64,000 nt of DNA. Source: Nanobdellota archaeon. Lineage in GTDB: Archaea > Nanobdellota > Nanobdellia > Pacearchaeales > GW2011-AR1. Position numbers and translations under genes: made by a program. Below, in pieces: positions 36,080-46,020 of the stretch. The stretch lies in NCBI GenBank assembly GCA_020430505.1, contig JAGQJT010000004.1, positions 576 through 64,575 on the forward strand, in the 5' to 3' direction. Each line of letters begins with the position of its first letter. Position 1 is the stretch's first letter. The notes under the pieces are model-generated. The model searched no databases. It saw only the letters and a list, made by a program, of their open reading frames with translations, and was not told the DNA's origin.

Positions 36080-36903
36080 TTTTTATTTCTAAACCTCTTG
36101 AACTCTTTAGTCGAAATTGCTGCAATATCCCCAAAAAATCTTTTTAACAAAAATTTATCCAATAGCCCATTAAAAATTCCTCCAAAGAACTGCGAATTGA
36201 GCCTGTAAAAAAACCTATATTTCTTTGAAAATTGTTTTGAATAAGATTTTCTATGCATGAATTGTACTCCTTCTTCATAAAAAGGTATTAAATTCCTTGC
36301 CTCTTTTATTAAAATTGATTTTTTTATAAAAAGAAAAATGTTTTGACGATAGTCGTAACTTACTTCTGGATTTAAAAGAATTTTGGGCCTAATTAGATCT
36401 ATCGCAACGTATCCCTTTTTTAAGAATTTTTTTATCCAAAAATCATGCCATTGCTCATTTATGTGATTTTCTCCTTCTTGAAAAGGAATTGCAGCACTAA
36501 AAAAAATCTTATCCGACAAGCTTGTAAGATTTTCTACAAACAAATCCGAATATTTTGTTTCTATATGCTCTGCCACTTCCAAACTTATCGCAACATCAAA
36601 CTTTCTTTTTAAAATAAGTTTCTTCCTTAAATCATGACGCAAAATATTTCTTTCAGATATAATTGGTTTTGAAGGATTGAAATCAACTCCCAAAATATCT
36701 TTTACCCCTTCTTCACTAAAAACTTTAAGCCAAGTTCCGCTACCACAACCAATATCTACAACACTTTTTGGTTTGAAAATTTTTAAGATACATGGGACAA
36801 TGATTTTGGCAGAATTGTAAGAAGGCCCAAAATTCTTCTTGTAAAATTTTTCGTTATAAAAACTGTTATCCGATTCTTTCATTAAAAAACATACATAAAC
36901 CAA
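36076..36903 (-). CDS. class I SAM-dependent methyltransferase
   Basis: SVVDIGCGSGTWLKVF...ISLEVAEHI. Confidence 0.75.
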   Translation of the reverse strand: MVYVCFLMKESDNSFYNEKFYKKNFGPSYNSAKIIVPCILKIFKPKSVVDIGCGSGTWLKVFSEEGVKDILGVDFNPSKPIISERNILRHDLRKKLILKRKFDVAISLEVAEHIETKYSDLFVENLTSLSDKIFFSAAIPFQEGENHINEQWHDFWIKKFLKKGYVAIDLIRPKILLNPEVSYDYRQNIFLFIKKSILIKEARNLIPFYEEGVQFMHRKSYSKQFSKKYRFFYRLNSQFFGGIFNGLLDKFLLKRFFGDIAAISTKEFKRFRNKK

Positions 36904-36929
36904 TTTAAAAACTTTTATGAGATTGAAAA

Positions 36930-37793
36930 CTATTCTCTATATTTCTTTGCAGATTCTTCAAACTCTTCTAAAGTGTACTGAGTCATAGGATGAAATAAAT
37001 CCTTCGAATAATTTGCTTGAACTGGTTCTACCGTTTTCCTAGTATTTTTTAAATCGTGAATATTTTCCAATCCTTTCACAATCTTTGTGGGGATTGTTAT
37101 AATTTGGGGTTTTGCTTTAACAAGTTTATGAATATCCTCTGGAGTTCTTATGCTTCCGACTATCAAATCAGAAGAAGCACTTTCTAGTTCTTCAGAAACA
37201 TAAGAAATGTCTGATAAAACAGATTGCCAAGCGATATCAAAAAACTTTTCTTTATTCTCACTTACTACTTCTTTCCAATCAGGATTTGTTAAAATTTCTT
37301 CTAGATTATGTCCTGATAACTCTAAAATTTTCGCATCAAGCATTCTATTTGCAAAGAGACTAACATAGGTTGCACCAAATTTTGCGGCAGTTAAAGCTTG
37401 ATAAGGAGTCATACAAGCAGTAACATTTGTTTTAACCCCTTTTTGAGATAATTCTTTTGTTGCCAGTAACCCTCCTTCCGAAAAAGGGATCTTGATGACT
37501 GTGTTTTTCCCCCAGCTCGAAATAGTGTAAGCCTGCTTTAGCAATGCTTCTTTAACTTCTCCTGGAGCGATATTCTTCAAGTTTTTTACATCCAATCCAT
37601 ATAAATCTGTTTCTAAGCTAACTGGAACGTTCCCAAAATATTTCAAAATATTCTTTGAAGCACCTTCAAAACCCAAAGATAAATCTCCTGTGGATTCCAT
37701 TATTTTGGGGTTAGTAGTGATTCCATCATTAACCCCTTTAGAAAAACAATAATCTATCTCCCATATGTCTGCTGTATCTGCAAAAAATTTCAT
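36930..37793 (-). CDS. transaldolase / fructose-6-phosphate aldolase family protein
   Basis: MKFFADTADIWEI...GITTNPKIM...VIKIPFSEGGL...TNVTACMT. Confidence 0.7.
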   Translation of the reverse strand: MKFFADTADIWEIDYCFSKGVNDGITTNPKIMESTGDLSLGFEGASKNILKYFGNVPVSLETDLYGLDVKNLKNIAPGEVKEALLKQAYTISSWGKNTVIKIPFSEGGLLATKELSQKGVKTNVTACMTPYQALTAAKFGATYVSLFANRMLDAKILELSGHNLEEILTNPDWKEVVSENKEKFFDIAWQSVLSDISYVSEELESASSDLIVGSIRTPEDIHKLVKAKPQIITIPTKIVKGLENIHDLKNTRKTVEPVQANYSKDLFHPMTQYTLEEFEESAKKYRE

Positions 37794-38497
37794 TCTTCTG
37801 TTAACCTCTCTATAATTGAATTTAATTCCTTTTTAATCATTTCGTCACTCAACCCCACACTTAATTTTTTTAGGTTTTCTTTTATCAAGGAATTCGAATA
37901 ATCTTTTATTAATTCTCTTAATCTATCTACTACTAAATGTTGAACAACAACATGAAACCCTTCTGTATGAGGAGTGGAATTCTTTGGGACTACAACGCAA
38001 CAATCAGACAATTGTTTCATTTGGCCTCCATCAAATCCTGCCAGGCCTAAAACTTTTGCACCTCTTTTCTTAGCCAAATTTATTGCCTCGACTAGATTTC
38101 CCGACCAACCAGAACCCCCATGAACTGAAACTAACAAAATTGCATCGCCTTCCTCAAGGTAAGTATTTAAAATCCCCGAGTATGCCTTATCCCATCCAGA
38201 ATCATTGATCCAAGCAGTCAAAAGAGCAGGGTTGTCATTCAAACAAAAAGTTTTGAAACCTTTTGTTGAGCTTATTTCTTGCATTGAACTATCATTTGCA
38301 ACGGTTTTTGCTAAGTCTGCTGCAATGTGGGAAGCTGTTGAAGAAGATCCCCCATTCCCCATTGTTAAAAGTTTTTTTCCACTTCTCCATAAACCGAATA
38401 AAATTTCTATAAATTGGTCTATGTCTTGAATATCTATTCCATCACAGATTTGCTTCGTCTCATTCAAATATTTTTCAATGTATTCTTTGTTTCTCAT
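37790..38497 (-). CDS. gmhA: SIS-domain sedoheptulose-7-phosphate isomerase
   Basis: LLTMGNGGSSSTASHIAADLAK...LLVSVHGGSG. Confidence 0.75.
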   Translation of the reverse strand: MRNKEYIEKYLNETKQICDGIDIQDIDQFIEILFGLWRSGKKLLTMGNGGSSSTASHIAADLAKTVANDSSMQEISSTKGFKTFCLNDNPALLTAWINDSGWDKAYSGILNTYLEEGDAILLVSVHGGSGWSGNLVEAINLAKKRGAKVLGLAGFDGGQMKQLSDCCVVVPKNSTPHTEGFHVVVQHLVVDRLRELIKDYSNSLIKENLKKLSVGLSDEMIKKELNSIIERLTEE

Positions 38498-39480
38498 CTT
38501 ATATTTAATAAAACCTTGCTTCCATCCAAATCAAATTTAAAAGGAACATATTTTAATCCAGATTTTTCCATTTCAAATATAAAATTTTCAGGGTCTCTAT
38601 CACAATAAAACAGGAAAAATCCTCCTCCACCTGCGCCCATAATCTTTCCTCCTAAGGCCCCTTTTTTAAGAGCAAGATCATACCAATCATCTATTTTAGG
38701 ATCTGAAATTTTTCCGGAGGTTTTCTTCTTCGTCTCCCAATGAAGATTCATTAATCTTCCAAACTGCTTTGTATCTCCAATTTCCAGTGCATTTTTTATT
38801 TCTATCCCAATTTCCTTAATTTGTTTCATTGAATTTAATTTGGACTCATCACTCTTCGCTTCTTTTCCTTGATCCCTTAAAACTTCTGAGGCACTTCTTA
38901 AAATTCCTGTGAAAAAGATATGTAAATTTCTTTCAAGCATGTTTATTGTGTTCAAAGAGATGTCTATTGGTGCTACTGCAACGTTGCCCTTTTTATCTAT
39001 CTTCAGACTATTTATGCTTCCAAATGCAGCAGCATATTGATCTTGCTTTCCAATTGGTTCTTTAAGAATTTCTATCTCTATTTTTGCTGCTTCTTCTGCA
39101 AGCCTCTTTGAAGAAACCTCTTCCCTTTTGTAAATATGTAACGCTTTTAATAGCCCCACTAAAAAAACAGAAGATCCTCCCAATCCAGATTTTCCAGGAA
39201 CTTCTGAAATGATATTTATCTCAAGGGGCTCTTTTATCTCAAGTAGATTCAAGGCTTCCCTTACTCTTGAATTTTCTATTTCCCTAATTGAATGGACAAT
39301 TTCTGTTTTAGAGTAAGAAATTCTAAAAGTATCGTAAAATTTTCTTTCAGAGACTGCAACATAGATATATTTGTCTATAGAAGCCGTAACCATCTCCCCT
39401 CCAAATAAGGGATAGAAAAAAGGTAAATCTGTGCCTCCTCCTCCTAAAGGCAATCTAACAGGAGTCTTAGTAATAATCAT
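38494..39480 (-). CDS. hddA: GHMP kinase, D-glycero-D-manno-heptose-7-phosphate kinase-like
   Basis: TPVRLPLGGGGTDLPFFY...ASIDKYIYV...PGKSGLGGSS...GAGGGGFFLF. Confidence 0.7.
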   Translation of the reverse strand: MIITKTPVRLPLGGGGTDLPFFYPLFGGEMVTASIDKYIYVAVSERKFYDTFRISYSKTEIVHSIREIENSRVREALNLLEIKEPLEINIISEVPGKSGLGGSSVFLVGLLKALHIYKREEVSSKRLAEEAAKIEIEILKEPIGKQDQYAAAFGSINSLKIDKKGNVAVAPIDISLNTINMLERNLHIFFTGILRSASEVLRDQGKEAKSDESKLNSMKQIKEIGIEIKNALEIGDTKQFGRLMNLHWETKKKTSGKISDPKIDDWYDLALKKGALGGKIMGAGGGGFFLFYCDRDPENFIFEMEKSGLKYVPFKFDLDGSKVLLNIR

Positions 39481-39532
39481 CCTAAACTAAGTGGGTCGAA
39501 CTTTATAAACATTTTGTAGAAACCTTTATAAA

Positions 39533-40099
39533 TTAAATTTTTTCTTCTAGTTCACCTATTTTTTTTGAAACCTCTAAGAGATCTGGAAGAGTGTAATCTG
39601 GAAAAATTTCTTTTACATGTTGAAGCTCTAAAATATCTGCTCTTAGGGTTCCAATTCTAAAAGTTTTCTTTACATTCGCATTAATCCCCGTCTTTATATC
39701 ACTTAAATTATCCCCCACCATGTAAGAACCAGATAAATCTATATCCAAGTCCTTTTTTGCTTGTTCTAATAGACCTATTTTTGGTTTTCTGCATTCACAG
39801 ACCCCATCATATTTTGGATGATGTAAACAACAATAAATCTCATCAATTCCCAACTCTTTTTTTAAATAATCATTTATTTCTTCCAATCTTTCTTGAGAAA
39901 GATATCCAAACTTGACTCCTGGTTGATTGGAAATAACAATAATCTTAAACCCCATCTCCTTCAGCCTTAAAATTCCTTTTTTTACATTTTTCAAAATTTT
40001 TAATTGATTTAAATTTGCAGGAGAGAGGATGTTTCCGTCAACCTCGTATAAAAACTCATTGATTACCCCATCCCTGTCTAAAAAAACAGCACGATTCAT
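39533..40099 (-). CDS. gmhB: HAD-IIIA phosphatase, D,D-heptose-1,7-bisphosphate phosphatase-like
   Basis: AVFLDRDGVINE...VISNQPG...CECRKPKIGLL...MVGDNLSDI. Confidence 0.75.
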   Translation of the reverse strand: MNRAVFLDRDGVINEFLYEVDGNILSPANLNQLKILKNVKKGILRLKEMGFKIIVISNQPGVKFGYLSQERLEEINDYLKKELGIDEIYCCLHHPKYDGVCECRKPKIGLLEQAKKDLDIDLSGSYMVGDNLSDIKTGINANVKKTFRIGTLRADILELQHVKEIFPDYTLPDLLEVSKKIGELEEKI

Positions 40100-40100
40100 T

Positions 40101-40652
40101 TTATTTTATGGCTTTTATGTATATGTGTGCATCTCCCTCTCGGGTAAACCTGCCCCTTTCTATTCCCTTCTCTGTAAAAACGTTCACACCTTCTTCAATT
40201 TTTGAGAAACCAACTTCTTTTAATTTTTTTGTTAAACCTTGTTTTGTCCAACCACATTTGTGCTCATCTCCCTCCCATCTCTGCCACCCATAGATTGTGG
40301 CCCAAACATGTTCTTCACTAAAAGGATTTTTATTGCTTTTTCCATGGGTTAGATTGTAAAGATATTCACTCCAAACCTTCATATCTGGAACATCAAAAAG
40401 AAAGCTTCCTCCTTTTTTCAAAAGCCCTTCCATATGGTATAAAGTCTTATCAAAATCATTGAATCTTAAATGTTCCATAACTCCTAAAGCGAGAACTTCC
40501 GAAAGAGAATTTTTTGGAAGAACGATTTCCCAAGGGTTGCAATTAAAATCCAAATTAACTAAATTTTGAGGAGTGACATCTTGATGCAAGTATCCTGGAG
40601 TTGGTTTTTGCCCGCATCCTAATTCTAGCTTATCATATTTTGATTTTTTCAT
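40101..40652 (-). CDS. SAM-dependent methyltransferase (type 11-like)
   Basis: LELGCGQKPTPGYLHQD...GVMEHL...LKKGGSF. Confidence 0.6.
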   Translation of the reverse strand: MKKSKYDKLELGCGQKPTPGYLHQDVTPQNLVNLDFNCNPWEIVLPKNSLSEVLALGVMEHLRFNDFDKTLYHMEGLLKKGGSFLFDVPDMKVWSEYLYNLTHGKSNKNPFSEEHVWATIYGWQRWEGDEHKCGWTKQGLTKKLKEVGFSKIEEGVNVFTEKGIERGRFTREGDAHIYIKAIK

Positions 40653-40653
40653 T

Positions 40654-41418
40654 TTATATTTTCAAGATAACTTCTTTAGATTCTATTTCTTTTTTTGCAG
40701 AATAAAACCTTTCGAGTTTTCCTACTTCTTTAAAGTATTCTCCTTTTTTAATAGGATATGCGAATACTTTGAAGCTTTTTGATAAAAGTAATGAAATTAC
40801 TTCACTTATATTGTTTTTGGTATTTTTTGGAATTTCTTTAAGAGATTTTAAGCTAAAGATATAGATCCCTGCATTTGAATATCTTTCTTGGAGGGGAATC
40901 TTAATTAATTCTTCTTCAGAGAGTTTTTCTGAAAATTTTTTCAAAATCTGATCTTTCCCAAACTTTAAATGGCTCGAGGGAGGAGAATCAGGATTTCTTA
41001 AATAAGAGACTACTGTTAAATCTGCCCCATTTTCATTATGAAACCTAATTAAATCGCCCAAATTTATGTCTGTGAGATTATCACCATTGCAAATCAATAG
41101 ATCATCTTTAAGAATTTCTGAAATCTCTCTTACTGCTTCAGAAGAGGAAACCAAAGATTCTTCCTCCAAATACTTTAAATCCACTCCAAAATTCTTTCCA
41201 TCTCCAAAATAATCTAAAATTTTTTCTTTAAGGTAGTAGGTAGTTATCCCAATTTCTTTAATGTCATGCTTTTTAAATAACCTTATTAAATATTCTAATA
41301 TTGGAATCCCGTTTATTTTTAAAAGTGGTTTGGGAACTTCTCTTGTTAGGGGAAACATTCTTTCTCCCAATCCTGCAGCCAAAATAAGCCCCTTCATTTT
41401 AGTTCTTCCTTCATCCAT
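40654..41418 (-). CDS. hddC: sugar-1-phosphate nucleotidyltransferase (heptose-1-P guanylyltransferase-like)
   Basis: GLILAAGLGERMFPLTREVPKPLLKINGIPILEY. Confidence 0.7.
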   Translation of the reverse strand: MDEGRTKMKGLILAAGLGERMFPLTREVPKPLLKINGIPILEYLIRLFKKHDIKEIGITTYYLKEKILDYFGDGKNFGVDLKYLEEESLVSSSEAVREISEILKDDLLICNGDNLTDINLGDLIRFHNENGADLTVVSYLRNPDSPPSSHLKFGKDQILKKFSEKLSEEELIKIPLQERYSNAGIYIFSLKSLKEIPKNTKNNISEVISLLLSKSFKVFAYPIKKGEYFKEVGKLERFYSAKKEIESKEVILKI

Positions 41419-42338
41419 TCTGCAGTTAATTTTATCCCTTCTCTTAAAGATGTTTTAGGTTTCCATCCAAGGTCTTGTTTTATGGAGGTTATATCAAAAA
41501 CTGCTCTTTGAGGATCACCAACCCTTGGGGAACCAAGAGTATAACCTATTTCTTTTCCCAAAACCTCTTTCATTATTTTATAAATTTCCACAACACTAGT
41601 CTCTATTCCTGTTGCTACATGGTATCCTCTGGGCTTCCCTTTTTTCATAGCCAATATATTTGCTTCAACAACATCCCCCACATAAGCATAGTCTCTAGTT
41701 GGAGTTCCATCACTCCTCATTATTGGTTTTTCGTTTTCCAAAAATGCTTTTAAAAAAACAGAAATTACTCCTCCTTCTAATTTAGGATTTTGTCTTGGCC
41801 CATAAATATTTGAGTATCTTAAAGAAACATAATCTAACCCCTGATTTTTATTGTACATATACAAATACATCTCTCCAGCATATTTTGACGCCCCATAGGG
41901 GGTTAAAGGATTTATTGGATGATCCTCTTTTAGGGGGATTTCAAGAGGTTCTCCATAACTTGCCCCCCCTGAATTAGAATAGACTATTCTCTTGACTTTG
42001 TGCTTTAAACATAATTCGATTACATTAATTGTTCCAATGATATTTATCTCTGCATCTCTTTGAGGGTTCTCTAAAGATTGAACAAGATATCCTGCTGCAA
42101 GGTGAAAAACATATCTTGGTTTCTCCTTTTCAAATATTTTATCTAATCCTTCCAAATTTCTTACATCTTCCTTATAAAAAATGGCTTTTGAATTCACATT
42201 TTTCTTATTTCCAGTAAGTAAATTGTCTACAACGACTACCTCGTAACCGATTCCAATTAATCTGTCCACAAGATTGCTTCCAATAAATCCTGCGCCTCCT
42301 GTAACAAGCAATTTATCCATAAAAAAACAAATCTCCAA
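41394..42338 (-). CDS. NAD-dependent nucleotide-sugar epimerase/dehydratase (SDR)
   Basis: LVTGGAGFIGSNLVDRL...YGASKYAGE. Confidence 0.85.
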   Translation of the reverse strand: MEICFFMDKLLVTGGAGFIGSNLVDRLIGIGYEVVVVDNLLTGNKKNVNSKAIFYKEDVRNLEGLDKIFEKEKPRYVFHLAAGYLVQSLENPQRDAEINIIGTINVIELCLKHKVKRIVYSNSGGASYGEPLEIPLKEDHPINPLTPYGASKYAGEMYLYMYNKNQGLDYVSLRYSNIYGPRQNPKLEGGVISVFLKAFLENEKPIMRSDGTPTRDYAYVGDVVEANILAMKKGKPRGYHVATGIETSVVEIYKIMKEVLGKEIGYTLGSPRVGDPQRAVFDITSIKQDLGWKPKTSLREGIKLTAEWMKEELK

Positions 42339-42354
42339 TTACTTTTAAATTCTA

Positions 42355-43047
42355 TTATTTTGATTTATTAACCAAATTTAAGTATGTTAAGGCAAGTAAA
42401 CTATTCCTTATTTTCTTAAGAGTTCTTTTAGGATTTGTAAATCCAAGATACAACCATTCAAGACCAATTTTCCTAAAAAAAAGAGGACTTTCTTTTTTTC
42501 TTTTCAATAAAAAATCCAATGCGGCTCCAACGTTAAAAATCTTTTTTACATTTATTTGATCAAAAATCTGAAATCCCAAAATTTCTTGTTTTGGATGCCC
42601 TACACAAATCCACAGATAGTCAGTATTAAATTTATTTACTTCTTTGATGATCTTTATTCTCTCTTCAATAGAAAATTCTTTTCCCTTAATGAAGGATGGA
42701 TTAAAAGAACGAATTTGATTTAAAGGAATGCTTGTAAACTTGGCCAATTTTGGCAAGTCCTTTTTAGATAGGCCAATAAAAAAATGAAGAAATTCCTTTG
42801 AATTCTCTCCATTTAAAAAACGGGCCATAAAGCTAGGCCCTCTCTGCTGTTTGATAGAAAGAAACTTGGAGATTGTAAATCCATCTGGAAAATTCAGAGC
42901 ATTTTTATAAGAAACAGCTTTTTTGAATAGGAAGTCATTATTATAAGAATATAAACTATTCAGATTAAGGAAATTAAAGATTTCTTTATAAGAATTTTTT
43001 ACTCTAATAAATGGATCTTCTTTGGCGAATCTTAATTTTTCTTTCAT
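42355..43047 (-). CDS. WecB/TagA/CpsF family glycosyltransferase (GT26)
   Basis: FPDG...; ICVGHPKQEIL...FNVGAALDFL. Confidence 0.65.
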   Translation of the reverse strand: MKEKLRFAKEDPFIRVKNSYKEIFNFLNLNSLYSYNNDFLFKKAVSYKNALNFPDGFTISKFLSIKQQRGPSFMARFLNGENSKEFLHFFIGLSKKDLPKLAKFTSIPLNQIRSFNPSFIKGKEFSIEERIKIIKEVNKFNTDYLWICVGHPKQEILGFQIFDQINVKKIFNVGAALDFLLKRKKESPLFFRKIGLEWLYLGFTNPKRTLKKIRNSLLALTYLNLVNKSK

Positions 43048-43056
43048 AATATTCTC

Positions 43057-44436
43057 TCAATTAGGAGCTTTATATTTTTTACTAATTTTTCTTCTATAAA
43101 TTCCTACTAAAGAAAAATACAATACCTTGCTAATTATAGTTGCGATACATGCTCCTGTTACAGCTTGCATCATCCCAAATCTCAAACCATAAGTTATGAA
43201 ACTATAATTAAGGACTATATTTACTATGGTACTAATTATGATAAACCAAGCCATTTTAGAAGTTTTCCTTCTTGAAATCAAATATGTGTCAAAAGTTGCA
43301 GAAAGGGGAATGATTATTAGTAAAATTGAAAATAGTTTCAATAAACCTACTGCTGGAAGGTATTCTGCACCATAAATATAGAGAATGTATTTTGCCAGAA
43401 AAAAAGTGAAAACTGCTGCAAAAAGAGAGACAGAAATTGTGAAGATTAAAATTTTTTTGAACAAAGATTCTAAAGATTTATTTTTCAATCTCGAAAAAAC
43501 TGGCAATACAGACCCGCTAACAAACCCAATTAACGTTGACGCAGCACCAATTAAACCAAAGGCAGCCCCATAATATCCAATATAAGTGCTTTCAACATAA
43601 TGCCCAAGCATTAATGTATCTATATAACCAAAAAACAAACCAGAAAGAACAGTCAAAGATAGAGGTAGAACAAACTTTTTTAAGGATTTTTTTTCTGAAA
43701 CGTTTAGAGACTTTTTATTAGCCTTCAAAAAATAAATTTTTTTTCTTGAAAAATATAAATAGATTAGGGAAAAGAAATAACAAAGGGTTAAAAGAAAGAT
43801 AACTATTGCAATGGAAAACTCCTGTGAGATGTTTCCTCTAAAAATCAAATAAATTCCTAATGGAACTACGGAAATTCTCAAAATTTGAAAGATTAATTCT
43901 TTTACAAAAGGAATTTTAAAGTTATTTATTGCTGTAAATGGAGAAGAAATTAAAGAGATCATTCCATTAACAAGGAGATAAACTCCTCCAAACAATAAAG
44001 CAATAAATATTGGTTTCTCATAATAAAAATTTGCTATAAAATATGAACACAAAATTAAAAGTATTGATGAAAAAATTATAAGAACTATTTTATATTTTGA
44101 AAGGTAAAAATAGTAAGATTTAGCTTTTTTATTATCTTTATTAGAAAGAGCTTTGGATATAAAGGTTACCATTGCGGAACCAATTCCCAAATCTGAAAAA
44201 GTACTAAATAGAACTATGGTGCTTAATGATAAACTATAAAGCCCGAACAATTCTGGAAGCAACATCCTTGCAATTACTATTGTGAACAGCACAGAACCAA
44301 CTTTTGCTGAGAGATTAGTTGCCAATTGGTAAGTAGAGTTTTTTATTACTTGACCCCCAGTTCCTTTAAAATCCCTATTCCTAAACCGCTTTATTACTCC
44401 CCTTAAATCTCTTTCTTCACTATGCAAAAAATCCAT
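43057..44436 (-). CDS. oligosaccharide flippase (Wzx / MOP superfamily)
   Basis: 459 aa, about 12-14 TM; N-terminus KNSTYQLATNLSAKVGSVLFTIVIARML. Confidence 0.75.
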   Translation of the reverse strand: MDFLHSEERDLRGVIKRFRNRDFKGTGGQVIKNSTYQLATNLSAKVGSVLFTIVIARMLLPELFGLYSLSLSTIVLFSTFSDLGIGSAMVTFISKALSNKDNKKAKSYYFYLSKYKIVLIIFSSILLILCSYFIANFYYEKPIFIALLFGGVYLLVNGMISLISSPFTAINNFKIPFVKELIFQILRISVVPLGIYLIFRGNISQEFSIAIVIFLLTLCYFFSLIYLYFSRKKIYFLKANKKSLNVSEKKSLKKFVLPLSLTVLSGLFFGYIDTLMLGHYVESTYIGYYGAAFGLIGAASTLIGFVSGSVLPVFSRLKNKSLESLFKKILIFTISVSLFAAVFTFFLAKYILYIYGAEYLPAVGLLKLFSILLIIIPLSATFDTYLISRRKTSKMAWFIIISTIVNIVLNYSFITYGLRFGMMQAVTGACIATIISKVLYFSLVGIYRRKISKKYKAPN

Positions 44437-44466
44437 ATTAAGAGTAAAAAAATAGAGTTTATATTT

Positions 44467-46020
44467 TTATTCTTGAAATCTTTTTATTAAATCTGAGAAT
44501 GCAGGCCTTGTAATTAAGACCCCAACACTTATTCCAATGATAGTAGTTATTGCAAATCCCTTCAATAACCCGGCCCCCGCCCATAAAAGAGGCAATAAAG
44601 AAACTAAGGAAGTGAAATAAGCTCCCATTATTATTGCAAAAGCCCTTTTCAATCTCTGCTTCAAATTCGTTTGTAAACTATGAACTGATTCATCAAGAAT
44701 AACTATTAGATCATCTATACCTGTACCAATAGTCGCTAAAATTCCGGCAATCCCTGGAAGATCAATATTCCAATCGATTAAAGAAGCTATACCCAAGATG
44801 ATTATTACTTCCGAGAAGGTTGTTAAAAGAAGTGCTAAAGAGATTTTTATTTTTCTGTATCTTATAAAAACAATCAAAGCAACAGCCAATAAAGCTGCAA
44901 TTCCAGCTAAAAGGATTATTTTAACAAATTCTTTTCCTAATGTAGGAGAGATGGTATCTAACTTGACAATCTCTAATTTATAAGGAAGGCTTCCCGTAAT
45001 TAAAATTGTTTGAAGCTTTTTCATTTCTTCAACGGCACTTTCATAAGCTTCATCTTGAGATGCTCCAGAACCAGAACCTGAAATTGAAATTTGTGTTGTT
45101 ACACGCCCCTTCAAACTTTCCCCTATTAAAAGGCTATCCACTAATTTATCATCAAGGTATAAATCTAATTTTTTTGAAAGATAGTTACCTTGAGGAGTTG
45201 TATTTACAGAAAGGTTTTCAGTTATCTCAGCATGTCTTTTTGCAGCATCTCCACTTAAAGTTATTGTAAAACTGAATCTACAAAAATAACTTCCTTCTCC
45301 ATCCGGGTTACAGCCTTCTATTCTTGCATTTTGGGCATCCCTTCCAACAGAAGCAATATCCTTACTGCCCCCTTCAAATGCCACTTCATCACCAATCTTT
45401 GCTTCAAATTTTCCTTGTTCAGAAATTAAAGACTTCAAATCCCGAGGGGTCGCACCCGCGATTTCTATAAGCATGAAATGATTTCCAGAAAGATCTGAAA
45501 CAGGGAGAACTTTCAAATCAGTTAATCCAAATTCATTCAATCGATTGCTTGTAATGTCCACTAAATCATTTATTTCAGAAGTATCAAGAGATTTGTTTTC
45601 TGCCTTAACTAATGCCCTGGCACCACCTTCCAAATCCAAACCAAGTTTTATTTTAGTATCAGGAATTTTTTCTACAGTTAAATCAGGAACTTCTGAACTA
45701 AAAATTATAAATTCCCCTTGTTTTGTTTCAAAGATTGTTTTTACATTTTCGCTTGAGGGAAATTTAGATTGGATAATCAAAGAATAATCCTCTATAGAGC
45801 TTATCATTTGACCATCTATAGAAGTTAAAATTTGACCTTGCCTCATTCCTTGTTCAAAAAGAGAAGAGTTTGAATCAACAGAGGTTATCATTACACCTTT
45901 TTCCAAAAAATTTGGGGGCATTCCAAAAATTGCCAGTAATGAAAAAATCAAGAAAATTATCAAAAGCCAAATTTTCCAAGTCAATTTCTTTTTCATTTTT
46001 CTTTTCTCCTTACGTACCAT
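44467..46020 (-). CDS. secD: protein-export membrane protein SecD (true start probably ATG at 45996)
   Basis: Large periplasmic-type loop followed by 5 C-terminal TM segments. Directly downstream of secF. Confidence 0.85.
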   Translation of the reverse strand: MVRKEKRKMKKKLTWKIWLLIIFLIFSLLAIFGMPPNFLEKGVMITSVDSNSSLFEQGMRQGQILTSIDGQMISSIEDYSLIIQSKFPSSENVKTIFETKQGEFIIFSSEVPDLTVEKIPDTKIKLGLDLEGGARALVKAENKSLDTSEINDLVDITSNRLNEFGLTDLKVLPVSDLSGNHFMLIEIAGATPRDLKSLISEQGKFEAKIGDEVAFEGGSKDIASVGRDAQNARIEGCNPDGEGSYFCRFSFTITLSGDAAKRHAEITENLSVNTTPQGNYLSKKLDLYLDDKLVDSLLIGESLKGRVTTQISISGSGSGASQDEAYESAVEEMKKLQTILITGSLPYKLEIVKLDTISPTLGKEFVKIILLAGIAALLAVALIVFIRYRKIKISLALLLTTFSEVIIILGIASLIDWNIDLPGIAGILATIGTGIDDLIVILDESVHSLQTNLKQRLKRAFAIIMGAYFTSLVSLLPLLWAGAGLLKGFAITTIIGISVGVLITRPAFSDLIKRFQE

